A stretch of DNA of 63,996 nt, filler included, from Octopus bimaculoides (Eukaryota): the NCBI RefSeq assembly GCF_001194135.2. It is 5 parts of 4 records of this genome, joined end to end, with 100 filler letters (N's around TTAATTAATTAA, not from the genome) between each part and the next. Parts side by side here need not be neighbours in the genome. Positions count along the whole stretch, not along the records: positions 1 to 28,639 come from NC_068988.1; 4 more parts are not named here. One strand, 5' to 3'. Positions 1-12,569 of this stretch are shown piece after piece. The notes below the pieces were generated by a model that was given only the letters and a program-made list of their open reading frames with translations, was not told the origin of the DNA and ran no database searches. The position numbers and the translations under genes were made by a program. Numbering within the stretch: position 1 is the stretch's first letter; every line of letters begins with the position of its first letter.

Positions 1-176
1 AAAAGCACCCACTACACTCTCTGAGTGGTTGGCATTAGGAAGGGCATCCAGCTGTAGAAACTCTGCCAAATTAGATTGGAGCCTGGTGTTGCCATCCGGT
101 TTCACCAGTCCTCAGTCAAATCGTCCAACCCATGCTAGCATGGAAGGCGGACGTTAAATGATGATGATGATGATGA

Positions 177-180
<4 letters not shown>
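1..180 (+). repeat. Family B retroposon 3' end with (GAT)n tail (probable LINE tail or SINE)
   Basis: GGAAGGGCATCCAGCTGTAGAAAC...CATGCTAGCATGG...(GAT)n. Recurs about 10 times in the window. Confidence 0.8.
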
Positions 181-212
<32 letters not shown>

Positions 213-323
213 ACATACATACACAGGTGAGCACATAAATGCAAAACCAGGTGGGAAAGAATAGTACTCAAATACCAAAGTTAGAGTAATATGCTTTTCT
301 TAAAGTTGCAAAATTATGAAAAG

Positions 324-363
324 ACTGTTACTCAGAGTTTCATGTTCCCATTCATCGGACAGT
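324..363 (-). ncRNA. Type I hammerhead-ribozyme-like motif (core CCGAUGA)
   Basis: Minus strand reads ACUGU-CCGAUGA-AUG(GGAA)CAU-GAAA-CUC(U)GAG-UA-ACAGU. All three stems pair; the only core deviation is U4C. Confidence 0.6.
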
Positions 364-954
364 TGCGATGAAAAATAAATCTTGAAACATGAGTTTATAC
401 ATATTTTTTATTGATATTTTACAACAGCAACAGAGTGACTTAAGGGCCAAGAGTTTCATATGTTAGCACTTATCAAAGTACTTATAAATCGAGGGGTTAT
501 AAATATATATATGCTAGTGATAATGGTATTTCCCTGGATAGTTCCAGAGAAATTATAAAAACAATTACAATGTCATGTGGATAATTCATATTTTTCAAAT
601 ATATATGAGCGTGAGTGAATGTATGTAGGAATGTATACTGTATTATATTCACTGGCACTCTCATCTATGTGTATATAAGTATGCATACATTTTCCTTATT
701 TGTTTATTTATGTATTTATTTATTGAACCACGTAATGGGTAAACTATTTGAAGAATACGAATTATCCTTGTGACATTATAATTGTTTTTATAATTTGTTA
801 ACATCACGAAAGCACTCAAGTTGGAACAGAGCTATTTATATTAATGATTGTTTTTATGCTCAGCTATAATAGAAAACAATTTTACATTATTCTGATGGGT
901 TACTCTATAATTTTGCTGAGTAAAAATTTGTTATTCTTATACAAGAATGTTATT

Positions 955-1000
955 GACAGTAACTTTGAAGTTTCGGCCAGCTAAGCCATCGTCGAACTGC
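955..1000 (-). ncRNA. Type I hammerhead-ribozyme-like motif (core UCGACGA)
   Basis: Minus strand reads GCAGU-UCGACGA-U-GGC(UUAGCUG)GCC-GAAA-CUU(CA)AAG-UU-ACUGU. Stems I, II and III pair; the core differs at positions 3 and 4. Confidence 0.5.
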
Positions 1001-1701
1001 AGTGCATTAGAATTAGTCTTGCCGTTATATAGTCACTGATGAGTTAAAATCAAATTTGGGTGAGTGGATTTGAGTAGGGTGCTAATTAGGTCTCTGTAAT
1101 CAGTTGTTATGGGAATGATGTTTTGAAAAAAATTTCATTGATTAAATTTGGGGTTATGTTATTGCTTAGAATTTATTCATGCATGTAGAACTTTGTGAAC
1201 AACCTGTAGGTGTTTCTCTTTTATTAGGTAGGCACAAAGTGTGACAGTATTTTTGTTACTTTTGGTAATGCTGGATTTAATCCTTTTGTTTTGACAATAT
1301 AAAGGTCAAAGTGTCCATGTCCAGTATTTAAACCCAAAGTAATTGTGTGTGTCAACTTTTTTCCTACAAAAGAACGTACGTAAGTGGTAAGTTTAGGCTG
1401 GTCCTGTTGTTTTTATTTAGGCATTTCTCATCTTCATTTGTGAGGTTGGGGCTATTAATCGGGACATTTTTCGCATCGAAGGTCGGCGATTGTCGTACGC
1501 TGAGGACGGGTAAATACCCAGAAACTCGAGTCCGTACGTATCGCAGATCAAGATGGGAAGGATGACTTCCCTTTGCAAATACAGACAGGACACAGATGTG
1601 TGGTGTCAATAGCCAGCTGGAGGAGATGTTCTCCTGGGGCTAAAAGCAACAGTAACATCCACCCTTAGGGGTCAGCCACATTTAAGTGACAAATATACTT
1701 C

Positions 1702-1736
<35 letters not shown>

Positions 1737-2063
1737 NNNNNNNNNNNNNNNNNNNNNNNNNNNNNNNNNNNNNNNNNNNNNNNNNNNNNNNNNNNNNNNN
1801 NNNNNNNNNNNNNNNNNNNNNNNNNNNNNNNNNNNNNNNNNNNNNNNNNNNNNNNNNNNNNNNNNNNNNNNNNNNNNNNNNNNNNNNNNNNNNNNNNNNN
1901 NNNNNNNNNNNNNNNNNNNNNNNNNNNNNNNNNNNNNNNNNNNNNNNNNNNNNNNNNNNNNNNNNNNNNNNNNNNNNNNNNNNNNNNNNNNNNNNNNNNN
2001 NNNNNNNNNNNNNNNNNNNNNNNNNNNNNNNNNNNNNNNNNNNNNNNNNNNNNNNNNNNNNNN

Positions 2064-2404
2064 AGCCTGCTCGTGAAATTAATGTGAAATTAACGTGAAA
2101 TTAAGTGGCTGAGCACTCCATAGACACGTGCACCCTTAATGTAGTTCTCGGGGATATTCAGCGTGACACAGTGTGACAAGGCTAACCTTTTGAATTACAG
2201 GCACAACAGAAACAGGAAGTAAGAGTAAGAGAAAGTTGTGGTGGAAGAGTACAGCAGGGTTCGCCACCATCCCCTGCCAGAGCCTTGTGGAGCTTTAGGT
2301 GTTTTTCGCTCAATAGACACTCACAACACCCGGTCTGGGAATCGAAACCACGATCCTATGACCGTGAGTCCGCTGCCCTAACCACTAGGCCATTGCATCT
2401 CCAC
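2064..2404 (-). mobile_element. SINE family A, tail lost in gap
   Basis: Reverse complement of the 10909-11284 element, with several CpG-to-TpG/CpA changes. Confidence 0.88.
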
Positions 2405-2569
2405 ATATATATATATACACATGTACACACACAAATATAGATACAACATGGTACACTATCAAAGCCCTTGTTCAGGCCAAAGAATACTAGTTACAATAGC
2501 TTACTCTTTAAGAACGTCCCTTGTAGTTGTTATGCTATGAACAGGGCCTTAGTGGTCCAAACCTGAATC

Positions 2570-2870
2570 GCTCATCTTAGCTAAGCTAATTTTCTTTCTA
2601 ATTGGATCTTACATAACTCTTTCTATTACTTTTGTAACTTAACTTTGATGCCATCTGTAGCTGCTTCTTTCTGCAGCATCTCTTGTAACTCTTGATGATG
2701 ATGATGATATTCACCAGTCATTGAGAATAACCTCTCTCTACTTTCACTACCAGATTGATTATGGAAGTGACTAGTGCATGTCCTACTTTACCAGATATTT
2801 TCAGCATTTCCTCAACTGCCCTAGGTGGTCCAGCACTTTCCTATCCTTTTGATAGGATTGGTGTCCATTT
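2570..2870 (-). mobile_element. RTE-clade LINE reverse-transcriptase fragment (decayed)
   Basis: Remnants such as EEMLKISGKVGHALVTSII and VIERV...IRKKISL, with frameshifts. Homologous to the 16496-16935 fragment. Confidence 0.65.
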
Positions 2871-3103
2871 CAATAGTTTATATATATATATGTGAGCATG
2901 TGTGTGTGTGTGTGTGTGTGTGTGCGCACACATGTACACAAGTACATACCATACATGCATACACACACACATAATACATGCACCTGTCAGTTACAAAACA
3001 CACTGCACCAGTTCGAATTTCTGACCTGGAATACTTCCAAAGATACACAGAAATGTTTTAGCTAGTGACCCTCTCTACCTACCATACACCTCACTAAGAT
3101 TTT

Positions 3104-3138
<35 letters not shown>

Positions 3139-3169
3139 CAAAAAAAAAAAAGAACCCAAAATCTCGCAA

Positions 3170-3989
3170 AAATGACCACTGCCACCATCACAACAGTACA
3201 GTACAGTCACACTATCATCACCATCACAACAGTACAGTCACACTATCATCATCATCAACAACAGAAGGGCTACCCTATAACCATCAATACCATCACAATC
3301 ACCATCCACAACAGGGAAGTAACGTCTACAGTTCCCATCTCCAACATCACTAACAACACCATAACAAAAATATTGATTATTCCTCCACTACCACTGCCAC
3401 TACCACCACCACCACCACCGACAACCCCATCACCACCACCATCATCAGTACCACCCTCTTCACCACCACTTACTGCCCACCACCACTATCTCTGCTGTTT
3501 GGGCCAATGAGACAGAAGAGATTCTATGTGATTGTTCAATCTGTTAGAAATAACAGCCAAATTTGCCTTCAGTTGATACATACACAACACCTTCTTCAGA
3601 AGTCATTGGTTCTCTGCAAACAGAGGAGGGGGAAAAAACTGGATAATTATGGCAGGAATGCATTTGATCATCGGCTGCTTGACCATGGCTGACCTGAGGC
3701 TAAACAAAACAGCAACAACAACAACAACAATAACAACCATTGCAGCTGCTACTACCAGCCACAACTAAACAGTATCATGATCACTACTACCCAAACACTA
3801 ATAGTAAGTACTCAGCTACCACATTAGGCATAACACACACACACACAATACACACACACGTGCCATGACCAGAACAGCTTGCTTCATTAATGCTTGTTTC
3901 ACCATTCCCTGTTGTCTCTTTCATCAATACCAACCACTTTCATGTGTACTGCCATCATCAGCCTATTGCTGCTGCTGCTGCTGCTGCTG

Positions 3990-4020
<31 letters not shown>

Positions 4021-4745
4021 CACTATTGCTGCTCCACCACCATTGCTATCTCCATCACTTCCGCCGCCACCACTGTCACCACCACTACCACCACCATTAC
4101 TATCATCACTAACATGTATAAAACCACTACCATCACCACATTATCACATTCACCACCGCCCCTGCCATCACCATCATTCATTGTCGCAAAAAAGAATATC
4201 ACATACTGAATGATGCGAGGTGCAAATCTGAGAAACCACCCCATCCCCACCCCCACCACTATACCACTCTTGCTGCTATTACTGTCACTACCCCACCACT
4301 ACTGTACCACCCTACTGTTGTACCTATTACTATTACCCGCACCACTATACCACTGCTGGTGTTATGGTGACAACTGCCACTATACAATCATCATTATATC
4401 ACTGTTGCCACTACCACTGTCTCACCACCACCACCACCACCATCACCACTACTAACATCAACATCATCACTGTACGAGGAGTTGCTGAAAAGTTCCTGAC
4501 ATTGAGTAAAAGAAAATACAAGAGAATCAGTTAATTATGATGTTAGTAAACATATTGCCCCCATTAGATTCACACACTTATTGGCAGCAATGCTTCAGTT
4601 TTTTTAAGTCCTGTAAAAGAACTCAGAAAGTTGGGGCCTCCAACCAGGTCTTCCATGATACCCTTAAAACCAGAAACTTTTCAGCATACCCTCATACCAC
4701 TGTTGTTACAATTACTATAACTACCACCACTTCAACCTCATTATA
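3170..4745. repeat. Cryptic trinucleotide low-complexity tract (CAC/CAT/TAC/GCT/CAA)
   Basis: Produces the poly-T/H/P/C/Y ORFs in the track. Confidence 0.85.
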
Positions 4746-4799
4746 ATAGAAATGGTAGTCAAGTGGGAAGAGAGAAAAGCATGCACACTCACCCACACA

Positions 4800-4981
4800 A
4801 ATACATATTTCAGCTCATAAATATCTTTTGCTTCTCATTGAGACAAAATGACAGCCTCCAAAACATCAGATCACTCATTTTCTCCCCACAACATCCCAAT
4901 ATATCTCCAAAGTCACAAAACTTTATTATACTGCTTTCACTGACACATGTCGCCACCACTTCTTTCAGACCATGTTTTTCA

Positions 4982-4985
<4 letters not shown>
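4800..4985 (-). mobile_element. RTE-like LINE RT thumb fragment
   Basis: IIKFCDFGDILGCCG resembles the RTE V..FCYLGD...GG motif. Confidence 0.45.
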
Positions 4986-5020
<35 letters not shown>

Positions 5021-5989
5021 ATATTAGGGACAAAATCCAAAATTATAGATAAAAACTCAATTAAAATCAATTTATAAAAAATTAAAATTAAATTTTGGAT
5101 TTTCATCGATGAGTTCTTGAAACTTGGTTATTTTCCCTAAAACTATATANNNNNNNNNNNNNNNNNNNNNNNNNNNNNNNNNNNNNNNNNNNNNNNNNNN
5201 NNNNNNNNNNNNNNNNNNNNNNNNNNNNNNNNNNNNNNNNNNNNNNNNNNNNNNNNNNNNNNNNNNNNNNNNNNNNNNNNNNNNNNNNNNNNNNNNNNNN
5301 NNNNNNNNNNNNNNNTACTAATTTCAATGTCATGATTAGCAAGATGTGAAACCGGTTGACAATCATAATACTCTAAAAATATATAAATTGTATACATTTT
5401 CCTTCTTTTATTATATATGTTTTTACTACAACTGACCACATGGAGAGAATCTTATCAACAAAATTTTTTCACAATATATAAAAAAAGAATCTAGCAATGC
5501 ATTGCCCAGGTGTTATGACCTACAGCCACATTGTATTATTTGTTCCTTTCTTATGGGCAGAATCAGCACAGCTGATATATAGTGAACTGGATTACTAGCG
5601 TAACGGAAGTTATTGTTGTGGTTTGTATTTCTGTGTAAATATGTTTTCTTTATTTATTCCTGTTTGAATAAATGTTAAGTGGGAAGAGTTGGTATTTTGA
5701 AAACCTATTTGTCATACATAAGTCTAGGCAAGAAAGGTAAGGCCTAGCAACGATCACGTTGAATGGTGCTTTTTACGTGCCGCTAGCACAGGGGCCAATC
5801 GGAGGGTACTGGCATTGACCACATTCGGATGGTGTTTTTTACATGCCACCGGCACGGGAGCCAGTCAGGCGGTCATGTTATATATATATATACATAGACG
5901 TGATAGAAGTAAATAGACACCCCATAAAACATTGTTTTATGTTTATTTTACCTTCAAATGGTTTGCACTTTGTTAAAGTTTATTCAGTC

Positions 5990-6610
5990 ATGATTTGCAC
6001 TTTTATATAAATATATTTTTTGTTTATTTATATTTGAGCTGTGGTATTGATGGAACAAAGGTAAAAAGGGAAGTGTTGGAATTTGGGGGACTTCTATTTT
6101 GCACATATTTCTATGTACCTACTCAGTTGGATCTGTCTAGTAGTGGGTATTTGTATTTGTCGATGAATAGTCAGTTTGTTTCTGGCAGTAAGTTTTGTTT
6201 AACCTATGTAATCCTCTATGCAATAGATATTCAAGAGCTATGAAGAACAAAAACACTTCAGATATACCCAATACTCTATCCTTATTACAATACATAACTC
6301 CCAAAACACAGGTTTACAACATTATCCACCAGGTCATTCCACTGCTGAGACAAGACCCAAGAATGAAACAGGCACTTGAAATACACAAAATAATCAAAAG
6401 CAAAAACAATCAAAATCNNNNNNNNNNCTCCAAAAAAAAAATGTCTTATCTGTGCTAAATCACTTTCCACAAATCCCAGACTAACAATCAAAAGATGTTG
6501 CTGCCCTATTTGTGGACCTTTCATAAACCTCACTGAAGATGAAACATATATATTCAAATCATAAAAAATCATTTTGCCTGTTCATCAGAAGTTTTAATGT
6601 ATATTAAATA
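5990..6610. mobile_element. Penelope-like element fragment with internal inversion
   Basis: 5990-6215 minus encodes a decayed GIY-YIG part (YIG*TKLTARNKLTIHRQ...PFY). 6235-6610 plus encodes the RT-EN linker (YNIIHQVIPLLRQDPRMKQAL...IIKSK...RCC.PICG). Confidence 0.65.
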
Positions 6611-7103
6611 TAATAGACTTAACAAGGGTTACATAACCAGATAGATGACATGGAAAAAGAACTTGCTGAGACAGCAGATGAGGAGAAAACATACAGTTGG
6701 TTAAAATGTTGGACAATGAATAGTTGATTGACCATCATATAGACAACACATACACACAGAGCCACACATACAGGTCTTAAGTCACGAACCAGCAGAAAAC
6801 TTGGCAAGAGGAAGAATAATGAAACTATTTTTATTCTAGTTTTAGAGATAGTAAACATAGAGCTAATATCCCTTCACAACCATTCTCATTCCAAGTGTTT
6901 CTGCTGGCTAATGGCTAAAGGTTTGTACATGCAGGTATGTATGTTTGTGTGTTTGTACAATGAATGATCAGTTACTCACCATCCAACCATTCAGCAATCA
7001 TATACTAATGTCCATCTGCCATCATGGTGAGTTTTCCTCTCATGTCATCTGTTTCTTTCCTGTCTGAGTTACAGGCTAACAGGTTACAACATGTGCTCAC
7101 ACA

Positions 7104-7149
<46 letters not shown>

Positions 7150-7277
7150 ATTAAGAATTGATCGGTGCCTAAACATACCAACACTAACTTCCCCAATTAC
7201 AATTATTTCTAAATCCAGGGTTGTAGAACAACTAGCATCACTGCAGAACTTCTGATTCAACCTTTCTTCTCCCTCTC

Positions 7278-7500
7278 ATCATCATCGTCGTTTAACGTCC
7301 GCTTTCCATGCTAGCATGGGTTGGACGATTTGACTGAGGACTGGTGAACCAGATGGCTACACCAGGCTCCAATCTGATTTGGCAGAGTTTCTACAGCTGG
7401 ATGCCCTTCCTAACGCCAACCACTCAGAGAGTGTAGTGGGTGCTTTTATGTGCCACCCGCACGAAGGCCAGTCAAGCAGTACTGGCAACGGCCATGCTCA
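7278..7500 (-). repeat. Family B retroposon 3' end
   Basis: Reverse complement of 1-180 with additional upstream body. Confidence 0.8.
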
Positions 7501-7741
7501 TGCATAAATATGTATAGGAAGAGAATTGATAAAAAGAAACAGTGAGAAATATTTTTATACTACATTAAACCACATTTTTATAAGGTATGAATGTTTTGGA
7601 TAAAAAAAATATTCTTTCCTACAATATTTATTGGAGAAAATGTCTCAACATATAAGGTGTAAAAGAATAAAAGAATATTGGAACAAATTTTAAGAGTAAA
7701 ATATCCCTAAGAGAAAATGTGGTGCATATAATGAACATTAC

Positions 7742-7864
7742 CCGAAAAATGACTCTGGATATTTGGGTGGTCGCTTGGCTCCAGCAGCATTTGAAAATCC
7801 AGTGCTTCTTAACAGTTTACAGACTTCATCAATATTAGAGTCATCAGCGCCGGTCTTTTGTGCA
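7742..7864 (-). CDS. WASHC5: WASHC5 internal exon (123 nt): (S)[40 protein letters not shown](G)
   Basis: ttctttttatttatAG acceptor and GTAATG donor. The phase-2 start completes the Ser codon of the previous exon. Matches human [31 protein letters not shown]. Not listed in the ORF track. Confidence 0.95.
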
Positions 7865-8291
7865 CTATAAATAAAAAGAATTATGATAATAATATTGTTA
7901 TATATGACCTACATCCAATGCTAGGCACTAGTAATTCACACCTCATCCCACAAATTGATAAACAACTCACATACAATATATTCTAACAATCTCTACTTAA
8001 GAATATAACCCAACCCACACAACACATATTGTATACAATCCCCTCGTGATACAAAAAACGTGTACTATAACCCAACCCACACAATACATAAAATACACAC
8101 CATTTGATACTAACCCAAGCCACAAAGCACACACTCTAAACATAATAATACACAACTCATATACTATACAACAGATAAAACACTACAATAACAGCAGAAA
8201 CACTAAAACAACAACAACATGACAAAATAAAACTGATGTAGAATATAAGCACAATTTTACACGTCCAAAGTCAATATTGTCCACATCTCGA

Positions 8292-8522
8292 GGGTGGCGA
8301 GCTGGCAGAATCATTAGCATGCCAGGCGAAATGCTTAGCGGTATTTCATCTGCCATTACGTTCTGAGTTCAAATTCTGCTGAGGTTGACTTTGCCTTTCA
8401 TCCTTTCAGGGTCGATTAAATAAGTACCAGTTATGCACTAAGGTTGATGAAATTGACTTAATACCTTTGTCTGTCCTTGTTTGTCCCCTCTATGTTTAGC
8501 CCCCTGTGGAAAATAACGAAAT
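8292..8522 (+). mobile_element. SINE family D (MIR/CORE-like)
   Basis: GAGCTGGCAGAA...GAGTTCAAATT...TTTGCCTTTCATCC...AAGTACCAG. Near-identical to 41721-41955 except at CpGs. Confidence 0.8.
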
Positions 8523-10039
8523 AAATATTGTCCACACTTCTGGAACCTGGATTTGAAACTGACAGTGCAGTAGGAATTTTTGAAATAAATCTTCAAATAA
8601 TAGCCATTTCCACTGATTCTCACAGGTTTTAACAGAACTGCTTCCAAGCAAACATGAAAAATGAACCATTCACTTAGACACTAATTCTGCAGTAGCAAAT
8701 AACATTCTATAGCATGAAAGTCACAAAGATATTCAGATATGAAACAAACAAAAAAAAATAATAAAATAAAATAACAAGATTTGAAAATCTTATTGAATCT
8801 AAGAAACAAGGCAAAATTAATTGTTGATATGGTAACCAAGTTAAACTTAAAACTGAACAGCAAGAAAGAGAAAATATTCATTCTGCAGAATGATTAAATA
8901 ATGAGGTGGGGAGAGGGAGAGAACAAGAAGCTATTTTTTCAAAATAGGCAGTTAGATTCTGGGGTCTCTGCTAGTCAGTGTTAATCATGTGTCTGCACAT
9001 GTATGTAAAGGCATGGGCAAATTTATTTTATTTATTATTGTTTTTTTTGCAGAAGACTGATATTTGTTCAGGCATGAAAATTTCACCTCTTCACTCTACT
9101 GATATTATCAAAGGGAATGGTTGCTGCCTTTGGACCAGAACAGCTTGGATGAGTGGTGGTGCAGGTACTGTTATCAGATATTGCAGGGTTAGAAGCAATA
9201 CTGCAAAGCATTCTGTCTGATACTCTAATAGCACTGCTAATCCAGCTCCTTGGATTGGCACTTTTTTTTATCAAGTGCAAAAAGATAAAAATTAAAGTTG
9301 GGTTTAGAGGGATTTGAAATCAGAGTGTAGAAAGTTGTAACAAATACAGTGAGGTATTCTATCCAACACTGATAACTGTGCCAGTATACTGCCTGAGACA
9401 ACTGCTATAGGCACATACATACATACATATAAAAGAGTTTAGCTTCACCGTAACTACATTGACTCTGATTATTGATATGAAAAATCATTTTCTTAAGAGG
9501 AAGGGATAATATATAAGCTATTGATTAGACACGAGTACTTTGTTTTTGGCAGAATAAATACTTGAGATTCATTAGTGAAGTACTTAGAATATGAAATCAG
9601 CAGACTCATTAAAGTAAATCAAGTGGGGTTTTATCTGAAACTAAGAATGAAGAATTCAAATGAATATCATAATGCTACAAAGAACTTGAAGAAGTGAAAT
9701 GGCAGGGGGAATAAATAAGATAATTGGACAGAACTGTTTGTAAACAATGTAGTCAAATCTACTCCGTTTTGCACTTTGCATTCTTAATTCTACATGAATC
9801 AATACATACAGTTGATGTTGTTTAGTCCCAGTACGACCTAGCTCAAGTAGCCATATAATCTGACTATCACGAATGTAAAAAGTGCTTCTTTGTATCATCA
9901 TGTATGTGTGTGTGTGTATGAATGGATGGATAGATGCATGCATGTATATATCTATGAATGTATGTGTATGTGTATATATATATATGTTAAGAGTTTTTTT
10001 GATTGGTTGTGTATATAACATTATGTACCTGCATATATA

Positions 10040-11704
10040 CAAGTATCAGCTGTCAAGTTTATAGGGTGACCAAGAGACTCTCATGGAATGTGACCAAATG
10101 GGGTTTATTTTTCAACATAGTCCCCATTGTAGTCCACACACTTCTTCCATCAGTATTGCTGTGCTTCAATCTCATTAGAGAAAAAGCTTTCATCCTGTTG
10201 GGCAAAAAAATCAGCAGATATAACGTCATCATCACTAAGATACTGGTTCCAAGCCAAGTGTTTTTTCATGGTAGGGAACAAATGATAGTTAGATGAGGCC
10301 AAATCAGGAGAACAAAAAGGGTAATCTATCAGTTCAATGCTGCAGTCATGCAAAACAGCCATCGAAACCAAAGACTTGTGAGCTGGAGCACTGTCCTGAT
10401 GAAACAAGAGCCCTTTTGTCAGTTTTCCTGTATGTTTTGTCTTGATAGCCATTTGTAACTGCCCCAGCAAGTTGGTATAGTACTCTCCATTGATGGTGTG
10501 ATCCTTTTGAAGATAGTCAATAAGCAATGCCTTTTACACACCCAAAAAACTAAAGCCATCACCTTTTCTGCAGATGAAATGACCTTGGACTTCTCTGGAG
10601 CCGGTGAGGAGGTGTGTTTTCACTGCATGGATTGTCTCTTTGTCTCTGACTCAAAGTGATGAGTTCATTACTCATCCTGGGTAAGGAAGTGTTGAAGGAA
10701 ACCAGCTGGATCTGCCTCAAACAATGTCGAATTATCCTGTGATGTGATCAGCCTGGTGTGCTTTTGATCAGGTTTCAGAAGACATGGCAGCCACTGAACA
10801 AAAAACCTTCATCATGCCAAGTTCATTGTATAGAATATTCTCAACTCTCTCAGGAGATATGCCAACAGCCTTCATTATTTGATTTATAGTCAATTACCTG
10901 TCATCCAGTGGAAGCACAATGGCCCAGTGGTTAGGGCAACGGACTCGCGGTTTCGATTCCCAGACCGGGCGTTGTGAGTGTTTATTGAGCGAAAACACCT
11001 AAAGCTCCACGAGGCTCCGACAGGGGATGGTGGCGAACCCTGCTGTACTCTTTCACCACAACTTTCTCTCACTCTTACTTCCTGTTTCTGTTGTGCCTGT
11101 AATTCAAAGGGTCAGCCTTGTCACACTGTGTCACGCTGAATATCCCCGAGAACTACGTTAAGGGTACACGTGTCAGTGGAGTGCTCAGCCACTTGCACGT
11201 TAATTTCACGAGCAGGCTGTTCTGTTGATCGGATCAACTGGAACCCTTGAAGTCGTAAGCGATGGAGTGCCAACAACAACAACAACCTGTCATCCAGCAC
11301 CATGTGGTGAATATGATCAATGTTTTCCTTGGTGGTAGCAGTTGCAGGATGTCCAGACCTTAGGTCATCCCCTACTAAATTCAGCTACCCGCTTTTGCAC
11401 TGTTAATAAAACTGGAGCATCATCCCCTAATGTGGTAACTATGTCAGCATGAATGTCCTTGGAGGCTAAATGCTTTTTATGCAGGTATTTGATAACACCA
11501 TCATGCCAAATATTGTCCATTTGCAAGAGAAGTCATTACTAGTTACTTTTGATGTCTTCTTTGAACAGTCTAACGTCAATTTACCTGGAAAGAAACTACG
11601 CAGTTAATAAGTTGAAATTAATGCATATAAAATTACACACAAAATTTCACAGCTCAAGCATCACTCCTCTGTAGTCAGCCTTAGATCTTTTCAGCCCACC
11701 CTCG
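10040..11704 (-). mobile_element. Near full-length decayed mariner DNA transposon, interrupted by a SINE
   Basis: N-terminus MDNIWHDGVIKYLHKK...IHADIVTTLGDDAP. Catalytic region HQDSAPAH and SPDLASSNYHLF...KKHL. TA flanks and weakly matching TIRs. About 1.28 kb once the SINE is removed. Confidence 0.85.
10909..11284 (+). mobile_element. SINE family A (tRNA-like head, (CAA)n tail), full length
   Basis: Head TGGCCCAGTGGTTAGGGC...GGTTTCGATTCCC (A and B boxes). 13-bp TSD ACCTGTCATCCAG at 10896-10908 and 11285-11297. Confidence 0.9.
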
Positions 11705-12059
11705 TATATTTATATCTATTTGTGGGACTTCTTTTATGTGTGTATTGAATTGCATTTGTTTTTCTTGGCACAACATGTAGCGTTTGATGGATTGTATCTG
11801 TTTTATTCAAAGGCACACACTATGCATTAGTGATTCTGCCTGAGAATTACATTAAATGTACATGTCTGTAGAATGCTCATCAACTTTTATGTTAATTCAG
11901 GGGCAGGTAATTCATTTGTTTCAACAACTGAATCTTGTTTAATGATGAATTCAAATTTGTGATATTAAGCATTAATTCCATCTCATCTTTAGGTAAATAC
12001 AGATTTTGGAGAGGTTTTTTTTTTTGCCTCTAGCATAGTTGAGATGTGAAGGAGAGGGA

Positions 12060-12095
<36 letters not shown>

Positions 12096-12569
12096 GCAGC
12101 ACACTTATTGGTCAGAGACTGGAGCATGATTATATAATAATTAATAACTAATCCATGCAAATTTTTCTCAGAAAATCCGATACCTATCAAGTGAGTCAAC
12201 AGAAGAGGCTTCCATATGGTTACTTAACCTGCTAGAAATAATAAGCTTTTCCTTTTAACACCTCAATATTCTTAAAAGAAGGAAAGACATATTGGTTATC
12301 ATTATTCAACATCCACTTTCCAATGTTTGCATGGATCAGATGGAATTTGTTGAGGCAGATTTTCTACAGCCGGATATCTTTTCTGTTGCTAGTCCCCACC
12401 TGTTTCCAATAAAGCAAGGTAATGTTTCCTCATAATCAGACATATTTTTCACAAAGACTTAAAATGAACAACCTCGCTTGTATAACAATGATGCTCATTT
12501 ACAACAATCATTTGATGCTGAGACAGTGGTACACAGAAACACAAAACCCGTGTGTGAGTGTGTGTGTAT

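Larger units (their letters stand above)
230..1350 (-). mobile_element. Degenerate Penelope-like element or its pLTR/3' region (boundaries approximate)
   Basis: Carries two hammerhead-like folds and a decayed Cys-containing peptide remnant (KSNKNTVTLCAYLI). Association of hammerheads with PLEs is established. Confidence 0.4.

Noticed and set aside
3172-4455. Several ORFs rich in poly-Thr/His/Pro/Cys/Tyr
   Set aside because: Translations of cryptic trinucleotide repeats, open on both strands; no splice signals or domain.
10909-10975. tRNA gene at SINE heads (families A, C, D)
   Set aside because: A and B boxes are present, but the sequence continues into SINE bodies with no cloverleaf or terminator.
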